DNA of 64,000 nt, taken from contig CALNAX010000059.1 of NCBI GenBank assembly GCA_937874465.1, positions 26,000 through 89,999 on the forward strand, written 5' to 3'. This DNA is from an uncultured Bacillales bacterium. Lineage in GTDB: Bacteria > Bacillota_I > Bacilli_A > RFN20 > CAG-288. The notes under the pieces are model-generated. The model was not told the DNA's origin. It ran no database searches and saw only the letters and a program-made list of their open reading frames with translations. The translations under genes were made by a program, and so were the position numbers. Shown here piece by piece: positions 27,249-35,669 of the stretch. Numbering within the stretch: position 1 is the stretch's first letter; each line of letters begins with the position of its first letter.

Positions 27249-27422
27249 TTACTGTTACCTCCCGAATCCTTGTCGTATCTTCTCGTCTCATCCCGACTGC
27301 CTTTTTGGCAAACAACATACTCTTGGGACTGTGGCATGTGCCTCGGCAACCTTATTAAGCCTTTTAAGCCGTCGCTGTCTTAGGTACGCTGTTTATGCCA
27401 GAACTACTTCCGATCGCGGCAA
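27249..27422 (-). promoter_or_regulatory. Candidate L10(L12)4 autoregulatory leader upstream of rplJ
   Basis: The call rests on position and length only: a 174-nt untranslated spacer between rplA and rplJ, as in Firmicutes. I could not verify the structure by eye. Confidence 0.3.
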
Positions 27423-28118
27423 TTACTTGCTGGCGACCGGATTGATCTTGATGGCGGGACCCATGGTGGTAGAGACTGAGATGTCCTGAATGTAGGTGCC
27501 CTTCACCGAAGCGGGCTTTACCTGGTTCACCAGGTTGATGATGGAATGGATGTTGTCGGCGAGATCCTTGTCGGAGAAGGAGACCTTCCCAATCGGGAGC
27601 TGGATGTTTCCATCCTTGTCGGTACGGTATTCGACCTTACCGTTCTTGATCTCCTTTATGGCTTCGCCGATGTTCATGGTAACGGTGCCGGTCTTGGGGT
27701 TAGGCATCAAACCCTTGGGTCCGAGCACACGGCCAAGACGTCCTATCTGGCCCATCATGTCCGGAGTGGCGACTATTACGTCGAATCCGAACCAGTTCTC
27801 CTTCTGGATCTTCTCCAGGTAGTCGACATCACCTACGAAATCGGCCCCAGCCGCCTTGGCATCAGCCTGCTTGGTCCTGGTCAAGGCCAAGATCTTCTTG
27901 GTCCTGCCATTGCCATGCGGGAGCACCAAAGTGCCCCTGAGCTGCTGATCGGGCTGTTTGGTATCGAGGTTGAGCTTGAAAGCCACATCGACGCTGGAAT
28001 CGAACTTCGTGGTAGCGGTCTTCTTTAGCAAAGCCGCTGCCTCTTCGACGGAGTAGGTCTTGCCTTTTTCCAAAAGCTTGGCCACTGCTCTATACTTCTT
28101 GCCTCTCTTGAATGCCAT
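27423..28118 (-). CDS. rplA: 50S ribosomal protein L1
   Basis: 231 aa from the ATG at 28118, which is preceded by GAGGGAGGG. The ORF-track start at 28136 overlaps the rplK stop. Confidence 0.95.
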   Translation of the reverse strand: MAFKRGKKYRAVAKLLEKGKTYSVEEAAALLKKTATTKFDSSVDVAFKLNLDTKQPDQQLRGTLVLPHGNGRTKKILALTRTKQADAKAAGADFVGDVDYLEKIQKENWFGFDVIVATPDMMGQIGRLGRVLGPKGLMPNPKTGTVTMNIGEAIKEIKNGKVEYRTDKDGNIQLPIGKVSFSDKDLADNIHSIINLVNQVKPASVKGTYIQDISVSTTMGPAIKINPVASK

Positions 28119-28132
28119 GTTGTAGCCCTCCC

Positions 28133-28573
28133 TCACTTAGTAGCCGCAGTCTCGGGCTGGCCATCGACGGCTATACCCATGGACTTGGCGGTACCCAAAA
28201 CGCAATTCACGGCCGCTTGTTCGGTCTTTACGTTAAGGTCAGGCAACTTGTACTTGGCAATCTTCTCGATCTCGGCAAAGGGGACATGGGCGATAGGAGT
28301 CTTGTGGGTAGCGGCGCCCTTCTCTATCTTTGCCACTTTCTCCAAGAGGAAGAAAACGGGTGAAGTCTTCAGCTGGATGTCGAAGGTCCTATCCTCATAG
28401 ATGGTGAGGATGCAGGGAACCAACTCACCCTTGCGCTTCTCGGTTTCCGCGTTGAACTTCTGGCAGAATTTGGCGCCGATTCCGAAAGGACCAAGTTTCT
28501 GTCCCAGCTTTGCAGGGCTGGCCTGTCCGGCCATGGCCGTAATGGTCATGACACGAGTGATCTTCTTTGCCAC
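28133..28573 (-). CDS. rplK: 50S ribosomal protein L11
   Basis: 146 aa. GTG start with GGAGG upstream. Confidence 0.95.
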   Translation of the reverse strand: MAKKITRVMTITAMAGQASPAKLGQKLGPFGIGAKFCQKFNAETEKRKGELVPCILTIYEDRTFDIQLKTSPVFFLLEKVAKIEKGAATHKTPIAHVPFAEIEKIAKYKLPDLNVKTEQAAVNCVLGTAKSMGIAVDGQPETAATK

Positions 28574-28691
28574 GGTATTTGTGCCTCCATTCCCGTGATG
28601 GTGGTACGGCTGGATTCACCTAGCCTCCCACGTTTCATAGCGTGTTCGATAGATATAAAAGCATATAAAAAGGGCAAAACACGCAAAGGAT

Positions 28692-28720
28692 AATTTACGA
28701 CTTTGGTGAATAGGTGTCAA
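28692..28720 (-). promoter_or_regulatory. SigA-type promoter of the rplK operon
   Basis: Minus strand TTGACA (28720-28715), 17-nt spacer, TAAATT (28697-28692). It leaves a 5' UTR of about 115 nt. Confidence 0.55.
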
Positions 28721-28859
28721 CCTAATCCTCTATGGGATCAGACTTTGTTTCCGATGAATATGATTCTATCTCTTTTTTGCCCCATTTGCTCTTTTGTTCC
28801 CGTTTCCTAGCCACGTATATCCGCGATGTGTGAAAATAGAAGAAAGAGGCAAGGAATTT

Positions 28860-30068
28860 ATGGATCCAAAAACGGAGATACTCCTGATATCCGAAAGAGC
28901 CAGCAAGGCCAAGGCGGAAAGGGACGACGTAATTGACGGCACGATAGGGATGCTAATGGGAAATGATGGGGAATTGGCCGTGATTCCTGCCGTCAGCAAG
29001 ACCTTCGGAGAGAGGCTCAACTTCAAGTACCCGCCGATTTCCGGCGATCCGAAATACAAGGACCTAGCCTTCCAATGGGTCTTCGGCGATTCGAAGGCCG
29101 AGGCGGAGAAGAACAACGAAGTAAACCTCTTCGGTACTTTGGGCGGCACCGGTGCCGTATTCATGGCGATGCGTTACGCCGGACACCAAGACTACGAAAT
29201 ACTGATCCCAGACATCGCCTGGCCCAATTACAAGACCATCGCCGAAGCCAATGGGCTTTCGGCCAGTGAATACTCCTTGTTCACCAAGGAAGGTGGCTTC
29301 AACTTCCCGGCCGTCGAAGCGAAGGTCAGGGAAGCCAAGAAGAACCACAGAGGCTTCATGTTGATAGTCAATGACCCTTGCGAGAATCCCACCGGCTATT
29401 CCCTGACCAGGGAGGAAGGCGAAGAACTTTACGAGAAAGTTGCCGAATGGGGCGAGGAGTACAACATATCGGCTTCGCTCCTTTTCGATATCGCCTATCT
29501 GGACTTCGCGGCCCAGGTGCCCTCCTGGCTCGCCATTGCGGCTCGGGGCCAATACGGGGGCGTGGAGACTTTCATAGCCTTCTCGGCTTCGAAGACGTTC
29601 AGCTGCTATGGCCTTAGGATCGGCGAGTTGATCGCCCTGAAGCCCAAGCCGGCGCCTTTGGGCTACAGCAAGGCCCTCGTAGGCTACTTGTCGGAATTGG
29701 CGAGGGGAATCTATTCCATGCCCAATGGTACCGGCATGCGGGCCTTGGCCAAAATCATGGATCCGGCCGTCGTCAGGGATACCAAGGCCCAGGTCCATGC
29801 CATCGAAAGGATACTTAGGGAAAGGGGAAACAAGATAGGCGACAGCCTGAAGTCTTTGCGCGTCCCCTTCTTGCCCTATAAGGAAGGCTTCTTCCTGACG
29901 GTGGCGACCAACGGCAAGAATGCGGTGGACATTACCCAGGCCTTGGAAAGGGAAGGCATCTACCTGGTCCCGATGCCACCTCACTTCATAAGGGTATCGA
30001 TAGGCTCCCTTAAATCCGGTCAGGAATCGCCATTGGCGAAGGCTTTGGCCAAGGAGATAGTCGGCTGA
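28860..30068 (+). CDS. Class-I (AspC/TyrB-like) aspartate/aromatic aminotransferase (402 aa)
   Basis: The PLP-lysine context SASKTFSCYGLRIGE matches the SxSKNFGLYxERVG type. The N-terminus GTIGML..DGEL is also consistent. ATG at 28860. Confidence 0.8.
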   Translation: MDPKTEILLISERASKAKAERDDVIDGTIGMLMGNDGELAVIPAVSKTFGERLNFKYPPISGDPKYKDLAFQWVFGDSKAEAEKNNEVNLFGTLGGTGAVFMAMRYAGHQDYEILIPDIAWPNYKTIAEANGLSASEYSLFTKEGGFNFPAVEAKVREAKKNHRGFMLIVNDPCENPTGYSLTREEGEELYEKVAEWGEEYNISASLLFDIAYLDFAAQVPSWLAIAARGQYGGVETFIAFSASKTFSCYGLRIGELIALKPKPAPLGYSKALVGYLSELARGIYSMPNGTGMRALAKIMDPAVVRDTKAQVHAIERILRERGNKIGDSLKSLRVPFLPYKEGFFLTVATNGKNAVDITQALEREGIYLVPMPPHFIRVSIGSLKSGQESPLAKALAKEIVG

Positions 30069-30075
30069 AGCTGTT

Positions 30076-30102
30076 TTGAAATAAAAGTCGATGTGATATA
30101 TT
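30076..30102 (+). promoter_or_regulatory. Extended -10 promoter candidate for a stand-alone rplS
   Basis: TTGAAA (30076-30081), 15-nt spacer, TGaTATATT (30094-30102). It leaves a leader of about 110 nt. Confidence 0.4.
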
Positions 30103-30217
30103 AAGACACCGCAAGACCATTGGTTTTGCACCTGTCTGGTTCCGCCGGGTGAGACCAAGAATCCCCGCGAACCATTCCAAAAGGCAGCAAGTGATTACTA
30201 AGGAGGTCACTGATCCG

Positions 30218-30766
30218 ATGAACAAGCAATTGGTTCAAAAGGTCACGGCCACCCAGATCCGTCCGGATCTTCCCGAGTTCTCTACCGGCGACACCATCAA
30301 GGTGTCAGTAAAGATACGCGAGAACAACAAGGAGCGTCAGCAGGTATTCGAGGGCGTCGCGATCAACATCCGCGGTGTCGGCGTTTCCCGCTCGTTCACT
30401 GTTAGGAAGAATTCCGCAGGGGTCGGGGTCGAGCGTACCTTCCTGTTCAACTCACCGAACATCGTTTTCATCGACGTCGTCAAGAACGGTAAGGTCAGAC
30501 GCAAGAAACTCACATATCTGAGAAAGCGTTCAGGAAAGCGCGCCAAGGTCAAGGAGATTCTGTTGGGCGAAGAGCAGAAGAAGGCTCTCGAGGCTCAACG
30601 TGAACTATCCAAGGCCGCCGCGGCCAAAGCAGCCGAGAAGAAAGCCGTCAAAGCCGAAGCGAAGCCCGCCGCACCCGTTGCGGCCAAGCCCGCTGCCACT
30701 GAGACAGCCAAGCCCAGCGAGGCCAAACCCGCCGAGCCTTCCAAAGCCGCTCCTGAGACTAAGTAA
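30218..30766 (+). CDS. rplS: 50S ribosomal protein L19 with an Ala/Lys/Pro-rich C-terminal tail of about 65 aa (182 aa)
   Basis: The L19 core reads [29 protein letters not shown]...[12 protein letters not shown] at 30218, with AGGAGG at 30201. Confidence 0.9.
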   Translation: MNKQLVQKVTATQIRPDLPEFSTGDTIKVSVKIRENNKERQQVFEGVAINIRGVGVSRSFTVRKNSAGVGVERTFLFNSPNIVFIDVVKNGKVRRKKLTYLRKRSGKRAKVKEILLGEEQKKALEAQRELSKAAAAKAAEKKAVKAEAKPAAPVAAKPAATETAKPSEAKPAEPSKAAPETK

Positions 30767-30782
30767 CAGGTTCTCAGCGAAA

Positions 30783-30815
30783 AAGGACTGGTCATCATGG
30801 CCGGTCCTTTTTTTC
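30783..30815 (+). terminator. Rho-independent terminator after rplS
   Basis: AGGACTGG-tcatcatgg-CCGGTCCT followed by TTTTTTT. Confidence 0.65.
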
Positions 30816-30852
30816 TTGCCAACACACGCCAGGTGCGCCTAGGACTCCAATC

Positions 30853-31575
30853 CTATTTGTGGTTTTTCTCCACCGCGGCCAGTTCCTTGGCCATGTCGCG
30901 GCCCAAATCGAGCTTGGCAAAAGCCTCGTCGGTGGGAAGGATGGAGCGGAAATCGGTGATCCTCTTTACGCCGATGAGCCCGACCTTGAGACTGCAGGCC
31001 AAGACATGTCCACCCAAGGTCTTCCTATCGCGGGAGATGAAATGGAGATGCCAGCCAAAGTAACTGTGTGTCAAATAAGGCGAGACCCAGAAGCCCACGA
31101 TGGTTCCCTCGATTCTTTCGACCTGCTTTTCCACCTGGCTCTTGGCGACCAAGGGAAAGGGCTTATAGGGCTTTGCCTGCTTGGCGCAGGCCCGCACCAA
31201 TACCGAATCGAAGGTCCCATCCACCCTCACGAAACAGGAATAGTTGTCGCCCTTGCATTCGATCTTACGCACATCGTCCATCCGGCTTTCCAAGGTAGCG
31301 ATGTCGGGGATGCCAGAGGCCTGAAAGACCGAGCCGGCCATCAAGTCCGAAGACACCAGGGCAAAGGCGACCTTCTCGTCGGGGCGGGCCTCTACCACCG
31401 CGCCACCCGCCAATCCTTTGTAGGCCTTGCCATCTATTATGATGGCTTCGCCATCGAGGTCTTCATAGGTCCCAACTCCCAGGGAACCATTGGCCAAAAG
31501 GTCCTTTACGGTCATTGCTCCCTGATAATGACCCAACATGAGGGCCGAAAGAGTCGATACTTGGAAAGCTGACAT
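30853..31575 (-). CDS. budA: Alpha-acetolactate decarboxylase (240 aa)
   Basis: The N-terminus FQVSTLSALMLGHYQG...GVGTYEDLDGEAIIIDGKAY is characteristic of AlsD/BudA. Confidence 0.88.
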   Translation of the reverse strand: MSAFQVSTLSALMLGHYQGAMTVKDLLANGSLGVGTYEDLDGEAIIIDGKAYKGLAGGAVVEARPDEKVAFALVSSDLMAGSVFQASGIPDIATLESRMDDVRKIECKGDNYSCFVRVDGTFDSVLVRACAKQAKPYKPFPLVAKSQVEKQVERIEGTIVGFWVSPYLTHSYFGWHLHFISRDRKTLGGHVLACSLKVGLIGVKRITDFRSILPTDEAFAKLDLGRDMAKELAAVEKNHK

Positions 31576-31655
31576 AAGGATAACCTCCTCTGGAACAGCA
31601 AAAGGATTCTACTATAGAAAGCAAGGGCCGTATAGGTCGCGGCCCGAGGACGTTT

Positions 31656-33197
31656 TCACATTTCCTTTGGCGATTCTGCGAAGACAAGATATACCTTAAG
31701 GCAGCGCAATGACAATTCCCCCTTCGCAAGTTTGGGCAGGGGCGGCAGGGGCTGCTTGGAGAACCTAAGGCGCCGATTGCACCTACGCCGGTAGGGATCC
31801 AAAAGGGGGTTAGCAGAGAATTCCCGACGCATCTTGTCGTCAGGGCAGGCAAAGGCCTTCCTGGCGGCGGCCTTGCGGGCTTCAAGGACTTTGGCCGACA
31901 GTTTCGCCAAGTCCTTGCCGGCCTGGGCCCTGGCGGCCTTTATTTTCCCATAGTCCGCCCTATACACCTCCTCGGCCACGGCCTTCCTTGCCCTCTTCAA
32001 TTCCCGAATCCTCTTTTCGTAAAGGCAATCGGAATAGGACTCCAGGAACGTCTTTTCGCCAAGGCTCAAAGCCAAATCGGCCAAATTGCCAAAGAGGAAC
32101 TTCAGGGACCTTTTCACATACCGCTTCTCTTTTTGGAGTTCCTTGTCCCCCTCGCGCTTCACCGTGTAGGCGAAAAGCCTTGGGGTATTGGCCTTCATTG
32201 TCTGGGGGCGGGTCTTCAACTCCAATCTGTTAGCACCATCCACCAGCCAGGGAGCCAAAACGCAGGTGAAGATCAGGGCAAAGGCCAACTGGTAGATGGC
32301 CGTCTCCATATATGCAGCGGTGGAAGGCAGAGCCGCCGCGGCCAGTTCCGGTATGGAAAGGGATACCCCGGCGACCCCTGACATGGCCAAGGTGACATAC
32401 CCGCTTCGCTTCACCACGAATTTCTCGAAAAGGAGCGAGGGCATTATCGCCACCCCATAGAAGACCAAGGTCAAAAGGAGTGCCGAGGGAATCTCCTTGG
32501 CAGCACTGACAAGGTTTATATACGATCCAAACTGGAAGCCCAAAAACATGATGATCACCGAATTGCCCCGCTCGAAGAAGGACCTGAGAGCCGGATCCAG
32601 ATTGCCCAACAGGATGCCGAAGGCAAAAGGGAGAATCAAGGACAGGATTGGCCGATAGTCTATCGAAGCCCCTTCCGCGCCCTGGAGCAGCAGCAGGGGG
32701 AAGACGGGCAGGGCCAACATCAGGCTTATGCTGAAATAACTCCGATCGGAATCATCGCCATATGGCTCGGTGAGGCCATTGAACAAGACGGCGTTTGGAG
32801 AAGCCAAGCAGGACAGCAATGCCACAAACGATACCCCGACGAATCCCGCAAGGCCCCACACCTCCAAGGCCAGGAAGGCGAAGGCATAGACCAGGCCGAA
32901 GCGTATCGCTATCAAAGGCAAGCCGACCTTGACCATGGTCTTGAGCTTCCTGACATCGGTCTGGGTGCCCGTGAAGAACAGCATCAATCCCAAGAAGGGT
33001 ATTATCCCCTTGGAGGAGAACAGGGTCTGCATGGGATCGCCCAGTTCGGCCCAAAGGTCAGCCACGCCAAAGGATTGGGACACCGTGGTTATGATGGCCC
33101 CGAGGAAAAGGGGGATTATCATCAAGCCGCCCGGGAATGAATTAAAGATCCTGTGGAGAGGCAATAGTTGTTTGGCCTTGCTGTCTTTTAGGTCCAT
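31656..33197 (-). CDS. KdgT-family (2-keto-3-deoxygluconate-type) permease with a 185-aa charged C-terminal extension (513 aa)
   Basis: The FPGGLMIIPLFLGAIITT motif and the polytopic core resemble KdgT. The ATG at 33197 is preceded by AAGGAAGGAAG; the ORF-track start is 33305. Confidence 0.7.
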   Translation of the reverse strand: MDLKDSKAKQLLPLHRIFNSFPGGLMIIPLFLGAIITTVSQSFGVADLWAELGDPMQTLFSSKGIIPFLGLMLFFTGTQTDVRKLKTMVKVGLPLIAIRFGLVYAFAFLALEVWGLAGFVGVSFVALLSCLASPNAVLFNGLTEPYGDDSDRSYFSISLMLALPVFPLLLLQGAEGASIDYRPILSLILPFAFGILLGNLDPALRSFFERGNSVIIMFLGFQFGSYINLVSAAKEIPSALLLTLVFYGVAIMPSLLFEKFVVKRSGYVTLAMSGVAGVSLSIPELAAAALPSTAAYMETAIYQLAFALIFTCVLAPWLVDGANRLELKTRPQTMKANTPRLFAYTVKREGDKELQKEKRYVKRSLKFLFGNLADLALSLGEKTFLESYSDCLYEKRIRELKRARKAVAEEVYRADYGKIKAARAQAGKDLAKLSAKVLEARKAAARKAFACPDDKMRREFSANPLLDPYRRRCNRRLRFSKQPLPPLPKLAKGELSLRCLKVYLVFAESPKEM

Positions 33198-33735
33198 CGC
33201 GCTTCCTTCCTTAAGAGTTAGATTAGCATAATCCCCGTCTTGTTCCTGTCCTGAATAACCGATGATATCTGGCATTGGCCAAGCAAAGGCTCCGTATGCT
33301 TTCAATCGTGCAAAAATGCAGAAAGAGGGGAAAGGTAAAATGTCAGTTCCGTTGGGGTCGTCGCTGCCAAATCTTACGAGTCTCCATGTAGTTACTTATT
33401 TGGTTTGAGGAATGCCAAAATGATTAAATTAAATACCATGGGCTTTTGCGTTTCAATGGTCTAGTGTGTCTTTTGGCCTCCTATGAACCCACCGATTCAA
33501 GTTCGTCTTCGGCATCTAGCGAGACGCCAGTCTATACCGCAGCATACAGATACAATGAGGACTCCAGGAATTCCCTGAAATTCCAGTTGCCGGTATTCAC
33601 CGATGCCGATCGGGATGGCGACGTCTTCCCTTTGATGAGTCCTTCCTTGCCGGCATAGATAGAAGGCGGCTTGTTCTAACATAGACAGCGGTTTCTACCT
33701 GACGCTGGATTGATGCGTCTGTGAAGCCTGGGCAC

Positions 33736-33764
33736 TTGACAGCCATTGCTCCAGTTGATAAGAT
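33736..33764 (+). promoter_or_regulatory. SigA-type promoter of rpsP-KH-rimM-trmD
   Basis: TTGACA (33736-33741), 17-nt spacer, TAAGAT (33759-33764). The RBS AAAGGAG is at 33779. Confidence 0.6.
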
Positions 33765-33791
33765 TCTCGATGCTAATTAAAGGAGCATTCC

Positions 33792-34079
33792 ATGGTTAAG
33801 ATCAGATTGAGAAGGACTGGCCGCCGCAATAGCCCCAGCTACAGGATCGTCGTATCCGATTCACGCCGTACCCCCGCTTCGACCGCTTTGGCCGAGTTGG
33901 GCCACTATGACCCGTTGGGCCGCAAGGGCTATGAGATCTCTTTGGACGAGAAGGCGGCCATCGATTGGCTTTTGAAGGGCGCCATACCCTCCGATTCGGT
34001 CAAGACCCTCTTGAAGAAGCAGGGCGTATATGCCAAGTTCCTGGCTGCCAAGAAGGAAGCCAAGGTCGCCAAGAAGTAA
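33792..34079 (+). CDS. rpsP: 30S ribosomal protein S16
   Basis: MVKIRLRRTGRRNSPSYRIVV is a canonical S16 N-terminus. Confidence 0.95.
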   Translation: MVKIRLRRTGRRNSPSYRIVVSDSRRTPASTALAELGHYDPLGRKGYEISLDEKAAIDWLLKGAIPSDSVKTLLKKQGVYAKFLAAKKEAKVAKK

Positions 34080-34117
34080 GCCATTGCTGTTAGAATAGGC
34101 ATCGGGGGGCTAAAGGC

Positions 34118-34396
34118 ATGGGCGACTTTGCAAAAAGTGTCGATCTATCCGACAAAATCGCGGCCATCTGCAAGCCTTTGATTTCCGCGCCCGAACATCT
34201 GTCGGTCAAAATGACCAACGATGAGCGTAAGGAACAGGCCTATTTGATAAACTGCGATGAGGCCGACGTCGGGAAGCTATTGGGAAGGCACGGGATAATC
34301 TCCGATTCCCTAAGGACGATCGTCAACATATCCTTGAGGGCCTATAAGAAGAAAGCATCACTGACTTTCGCCGCATGGCCCGACAAGGCAAACTGA
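34118..34396 (+). CDS. KH-domain RNA-binding protein (YlqC-like, 92 aa)
   Basis: The position between rpsP and rimM is conserved, and a GRHG (GxxG) KH loop is present. Confidence 0.75.
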   Translation: MGDFAKSVDLSDKIAAICKPLISAPEHLSVKMTNDERKEQAYLINCDEADVGKLLGRHGIISDSLRTIVNISLRAYKKKASLTFAAWPDKAN

Positions 34397-34452
34397 AAAG
34401 GGAAGGCGGCGCTGCCGCCTTTTCTTTTTGGCTAGGGGGAATGAAATAAAAC

Positions 34453-34938
34453 ATGGAACGCAAAACAGTAGGGCACATAGCCAACACCTTCGGCTTAAGA
34501 GGCGTCTTTAAGGTCGCCCTCTTGACCGATGCGCCGACCATCCGCTTCGCCGCTGGCAACAAAGTGGAGATCGATGGCAAGGAGTACGAAGTAGAGAGCT
34601 TCAAGCTCAAGAATGCCCATCTGGGCCTTCTTGGGCTGAAGGGCCTAGACGACATAAACCTTTCCGAGAAGTTCATCGGAAAGGATATATACGAAATGGT
34701 AGAGCCCTTGCCAGGGACCGTATTCATCGATGATCTCATAGGCCTGAGCCTTCTAGACAAGGACGGGAAGACCGTCGGCAAGGTCAAAGACGTAACCGAC
34801 ATGAATAGCCATGACTATCTGGCCTTGGATAACGGCAAGTACATTCCTTTTTTGGTAGGGGTCTTCGTGGAGAAGCCCGATTACAAGGCCAAGACCATGA
34901 AGTTGACCCCTTTGGGCGAGCAAGCCCTGGCTCAATGA
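34453..34938 (+). CDS. rimM: 16S rRNA processing protein RimM
   Basis: 161 aa. The GHIANTFGLRGVFKV motif is present and the synteny fits. Confidence 0.88.
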   Translation: MERKTVGHIANTFGLRGVFKVALLTDAPTIRFAAGNKVEIDGKEYEVESFKLKNAHLGLLGLKGLDDINLSEKFIGKDIYEMVEPLPGTVFIDDLIGLSLLDKDGKTVGKVKDVTDMNSHDYLALDNGKYIPFLVGVFVEKPDYKAKTMKLTPLGEQALAQ

Positions 34939-35666
34939 CCATAAACATCCTGACGCTCTTCCCTGAATTCTTCCGCGGCTTTCTCGACAACTCGATAATC
35001 AAACGCGCCATCGCAAAGAAGGTGGTCTCGTTTCGGATAATCAACATCCGCGACTTTTCCTTGGACAAGAACCATCGGGTCGATGATCACACCATCGGTG
35101 GCGGTGCCGGTCTGATAATGAGGATGGAACCTTTGATGGATTGCCTTAGGAAAAGCAACCTCATGAATACCCACAAGATTCTCCTGACTCCAAAAGGCAG
35201 TACCTACAGTCAAAAGGATGCAATCCGTCTTTCCGAATCAAAACTTGACATAACCTTGGTGTGCGGCCATTACGAGGGCGTGGATGCCCGATTCGAAGAC
35301 TATGTGGACGAGCAGATCTCAATAGGTGACTATGTCATGACGGGTGGGGAAATCGGGGCGATGGCCATCGCCGATTCGATAACCCGCCTTCTTCCAGGTG
35401 CCATCGCAGCCGATTCCACCAAGGAGGAGAGCTTCGGGGCCGGCCTTTTGGAGTATCCCCAATACACCTATCCTCTCGAATACGAAGGCAAAAGGATACC
35501 CCAGATCCTTTTCGGGGGCGACCATGAGAAAGTCAGGCTGTGGCGTCTCAAGAAGGCCCTTGAAACAACGGCGGAAAAACGTCCGGACCTCTTGAGGTCC
35601 AGACGTTTCACCAAGGAAGAGCTCAAACTGCTGGCTCAGATCGAGGCGGAGAAGAAAGCCAAGTAG
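34935..35666 (+). CDS. trmD: tRNA (guanine37-N1)-methyltransferase TrmD
   Basis: 243 aa with TLFPEFF and the SPOUT motifs GHYEGVDAR and SIGDYVMTGGE. An ATGA overlap joins it to rimM. Confidence 0.95.
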   Translation: MTINILTLFPEFFRGFLDNSIIKRAIAKKVVSFRIINIRDFSLDKNHRVDDHTIGGGAGLIMRMEPLMDCLRKSNLMNTHKILLTPKGSTYSQKDAIRLSESKLDITLVCGHYEGVDARFEDYVDEQISIGDYVMTGGEIGAMAIADSITRLLPGAIAADSTKEESFGAGLLEYPQYTYPLEYEGKRIPQILFGGDHEKVRLWRLKKALETTAEKRPDLLRSRRFTKEELKLLAQIEAEKKAK

Positions 35667-35669
35667 CGC

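Noticed and set aside
33446-33682. A 70-aa plus-strand ORF and a 61-aa minus-strand ORF in the long spacer upstream of rpsP. Also an SRP-RNA-like string CCGGCAAGGAAGGAC on the minus strand (~33636-33652).
   Set aside because: Neither ORF has an RBS, and both have Ser-rich or Arg/Cys-rich improbable composition. The SRP domain IV consensus (GUCCGGAAGGAAGCAGC) is not matched: there is an extra C in the loop and no AGCA. I therefore do not call an SRP RNA.
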